A stretch of 53,664 nucleotides of DNA. Source: Pristiophorus japonicus. Lineage: Eukaryota. The notes beneath the pieces were generated by a model. The model was given only the letters and a program-made list of their open reading frames with translations. It made no database searches and was not told the DNA's origin. The DNA is taken from contig NW_027251311.1 of assembly GCF_044704955.1 (NCBI RefSeq), positions 1 through 53,664 of the forward strand, read 5' to 3'. Within the stretch, counting starts at the first letter, position 1. Every line of letters starts with the position of its first letter. This document shows, piece by piece, positions 49,665-53,664 of the stretch. Made by a program: the position numbers and the translations under genes.

Positions 49665-52600
49665 TCCACTGAATCCACCCCCCCCACCCCCCGAGTCCAC
49701 CCCCCCGTCCCCGCTCAATCCACACTCCCCCCACCCCCCGAGTCCACCCCCCCACCCCCCGAGTCCACCTTCCCCCCCACCCCCCGAGTCCACTCCCCCC
49801 CGTCCCCGCTCAATCCACACTCCCCCCCGCCCCGAGTCCACCTCCCCCCACCCCCCCGAGTCCACCTCCCCCCACCCCCCGAGTCCACCTCCCCCCACCC
49901 CCCGAGTCCACCTCCCCCCACCCCCCAGTCCACCTTCCCCCCCACCCCCCGAGTCCACCCCCCACGTCCCCGCTCAATCCACACTCCCCCGCCCCCCGAG
50001 TCCACCTCCCCCCACCCCCCGAGTCCACCTCCCCCCACCCCCCGAGTCCACCTCCCCCCACCCCCCGAGTCCACCTCCCCCCACCCCGAGTCCACCTTCC
50101 CCCCCACCCCCCGAGTCCACCTCCCCCCGTCCCCGCTCAATCCACACTCCCCCCACCCCCCCGAGTCCACCTCCCCCCACCCCCCGAGTCCACCTCCCCC
50201 CACCCCGAGTCCACCTTCCCCCCCACCCCCCGAGTCCACCTCCCCCCACCCCCCGAGTCCACCCCCCACCCCCCGAGTCCACCTTCCCCCCCACCCCCGA
50301 GTCCACCTTCCCTCCCACCCCCCCGAGTCCACCCCGCCCCGTCCCCGCTCAATCCACACTCCCCCCACCCCCTGAGTCCACATCTCCCCCGCCCCCGCTC
50401 AATCCACACTCCCCCCCACCCCCCGAGTCCACCTCCCCCCGCCCCCGCTCAATCTACACTCCCCCCCCCCCCCACCCCCCGAGTCCACCTCCCCCCCGCC
50501 CCCGCTCAATCTACACTCCCCCCCCCCCACCACCCGAGTCCACCTCCCCCCCACCCCCGCTCAATCCACACTCCCCCCCCCACCCCCCGAGTCCACCTCC
50601 CCCCCACCCCTGCTCAATCCACACTCCCCCCCCACCCTGAGTCCACCCCCCCCGCCCCCGCTAAATCCACACTCCCACCCCACCCCGAGTCCACCTCCCC
50701 CCACCCCCGCTCAATCCACACTCCCCCCACCCCCCGAGTCCATCTCCTCCCACCCCCGCTCAATCCACACTCCCCCCCCACCCCCCGAGTCCACCTCCCC
50801 CCCACCCCCGCTCAATCCACACTCCCCCCCCACCCTGAGTCCACCCCCCCGTCCCCGCTCAATCCACACTCCCCCCCCCCACCCCCCGAGTCCACCTCCC
50901 CCCCGCCCCCGCTAAATCCACACTCCCACCCCACCCCGAGTCCACCTCCCACCGCCCCCGCTTAATCCACACTCCCCCCACCCCCCGAGTCCACCTCCTC
51001 CCACCCCCGCTCAATCCACATTCCCACCCCACCCCCCGAGTCCACCCCCCCCACCCCCGCTCAATCCACACTCCCCCCCCACCCACCGAGTCCACCTCCC
51101 CCCCACCCCCGCTCAATCCACACTCCCCCCCACCCCGAGTCCACCTCCTCCCACCCCCGCTCAATCCACACTCCCTCCCCACCTCCCCGAGTCCACCACC
51201 TCCCCCCACCCCCGCTCAATCCACACACCCCCCCCACCCCGAGTCCACCTCCTCCCACCCCCGCTCAATACACACTCTCCCCCCCCACCCCGAGTCCACC
51301 TCCCCCCACCCCCGCTCAATCCACACTCCCCCACCCCCCCCGGCCCCCGCTCAATCCACACTCTCCACCCCCACACCCCGAGTCCACCTCCCCCCACCCC
51401 CGCTCAATCCACACTCCCCCCACCCCCCCCGGCCCCCGCTCAATCCACACTCTCCACCCCCACACCCCGAGTCCACCTCCCACCACCCCCACTCAATCCA
51501 CACTCTCCCGCACCCCCCGAGTCCACCCCGCCCCCCATCCCCCGAGTCAACACCCCTCCCTCCCCGCTCAATCCACACTCCCCCCCCAACCCCCTGAGTC
51601 CACCCCCCCCGCCCCCGCTCAATCCACATTCTCCCCCCCACCCCGCGAATCCACACTCTTCCCCCCCCACTCCCCGCTCAATCCACACTCTCCCCCGCCC
51701 CCAAATCCACACTCTCCCCCCCGCCCAAATCCACACTCTTCCCCCCCCGAATCCACACTCTTCCCCCCCCCCCACCGAATCCACACTCTTTCCCCCCCAC
51801 CCCAGCGAATCCACACTCTTCCCCCCCCCGAATCCACACTCTTCCCCCCCACCACCGAATCCACACTCTTCCCCCCCCCGAATCCACACTCTTCCCCCCA
51901 CCACCGAATCCACACTCTTCCCCCCCCCCGAATCCACACTCTTTCCCCCCCGCTCGAATTCATACTCTCGCCCCCTCCCTCGAATCCACACTCTCCCTCC
52001 ACCCCCGAATCCACACTCTCCAGCCCTCCGCCTTGGATCCACAGTTCCCCCCCCCCCGAATCCACACTCTCCCCCCCCCCACCAAATCCACACTCTTTTC
52101 CCCCCCCCCCGAATCCACACTCTCCAGCCCCCTCGCCAAATCCACACTCTGCCCCCCACCCCCGAATCCACACTCTCCCCCCACCCCCGAATCCACACTC
52201 TCCCCCCCCCGAATCCACACTCCCCCCCACCCCCGAATCCACACTCTCCCCCCCCCCCCTGAATCCACACTCTCCCCCCCCCCCGAATCCACACTCTCCC
52301 CCACCCCGAATCCACACTCTCCCCCCCCCCCCCCTGAATCCACACTCGCCCCCCCCCCCCGAATCCCACACTCTCCCCCCCCGAATCCACACTCCCCCCC
52401 CCCGAATCCACACTCGCCCCCCCCCCCCGAATCCACACTCTCCACCCCCCGAATCCACACTCTCCCCCCCCCCCCCGAATCCACACTCTCCCCCCCCCTG
52501 AATCCACACTCGGCCCCCCCCCCGAATCCACACTCTCCACCCCCCGAATCCACACTCTCCCCCCCCCCCCCCGAATCCACACTCTCCCCCCCCCCTGAAT

Positions 52601-53664
52601 CCACACTCTCCCCCCCCCCCCCGAATCCACACTCTCCCCCCCCCCCCGAATCCACACTCTCCCCCCCACCGAATCCACACTCTCCCCCCACACTGAATCC
52701 ACACTCTTCCCCCCCCCCCCCGAATCCACACTCCCCCCCCCCCCGAATCCACACTCGCCCCCCCCCCCCGAATCCACACTCTCCCCCCACCGAATCCACA
52801 CTCTCCCCCCACCGAATCCACACTCTCCCCCCCACCGAATCCACACTCTCCCCCCACCGAATCCACACTCTCCCCCCCCCCCCCGAATCCACACTCTCCC
52901 CCCACCGAATCCACACTCTCCACCCCCCGAATCCACACTCTCCCCCCCCCACCGAATCCACACTCTCCACCCCCGAATCCACACTCTCCCCCCCCCCACC
53001 GAATCCACACTCTCCCCCCCCCCCACCGAATCCACACTCTCCACCCCCCGAATCCACACTCTCCCCCCCCCACCGAATCCACACTCACCCCCCCCCCCCC
53101 GAATCCACACTCGCCCCCCCACCGAATCCACACTCGCCCCCCCCCCCCCGAATCCACACTCTCCCCCCCCCCTCCCGAATCCACACTCGCCCCCCCCCAC
53201 CGAATCCACACTCTCCCCCCCCCCCGAATCCACACTCTCCCCCCCCCCCCGAATCCACACTCTCCCCCCCCCCGAATCCACACTCCCCCCCCCCCGAATC
53301 CACACTCCCCCCCCCCCGAATCCACACTCTCCCCCCCCCGAATCCACACTCTCCCCCCCCGAATCCACACTCTCCCCCCCCCCGAATCCACACTCCCCCC
53401 CCCCCCCGAATCCACACTCCCCCCCCCCCGAATCCACACTCTCCCCCCCCCCGAATCCACACTCCCCCCCCCCCCCCGAATCCACACTCTCCACCCCCCG
53501 AATCCACACTCTCCCCCCCCCCCCCGAATCACACTCTCCCCCCCCCCGAATCCACACTCTCCCCCCCCCGAATCCACACTCTCCCCCCCCCCCCGAATCC
53601 ACTCTCCCCCCACCGAATCCAACTCCCCCCCCGAATCCACACTCTCCCCCCCCCCCGAATCCAC
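49665..53664. repeat. C-rich compound satellite (CCGAGTCCACC / CGCTCAATCCACACT / GAATCCACACTCT plus poly-C), running off the window end
   Basis: Direct inspection. Confidence 0.93.

Overview
Vertebrate genomic DNA, very probably from a cartilaginous fish. The evidence is shark-type CR1 LINEs with (AGAAACAT)n tails, SacSINE1-like DeuSINEs, a K02A2.6-like Gypsy element and many G/C-rich tandem arrays. Most of the window is repeat, and nearly all long ORFs in the track are repeat artefacts. Hidden in it on the minus strand is a spliced, phase-consistent immune-type receptor gene that the ORF track only shows in pieces. It has three tandem germline-encoded VJ-type Ig domain exons (47290-46937, 29613-29269, 25551-25204) and no constant domain. 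These are followed by an uncharged TM exon with GxxxG (22484-22365), a YENV exon (22198-22125) and a canonical ITAM (YMAL-x7-YSEL) split over two micro-exons (13285-13244, 13141-13099). A probable terminal exon lies near 3609. No leader exon could be found. The introns hold a complete but degenerate Gypsy provirus, several CR1/RTE/SINE insertions, a recent duplication flanking the V2 exon, and a ~11 kb 36-bp satellite with higher-order structure.
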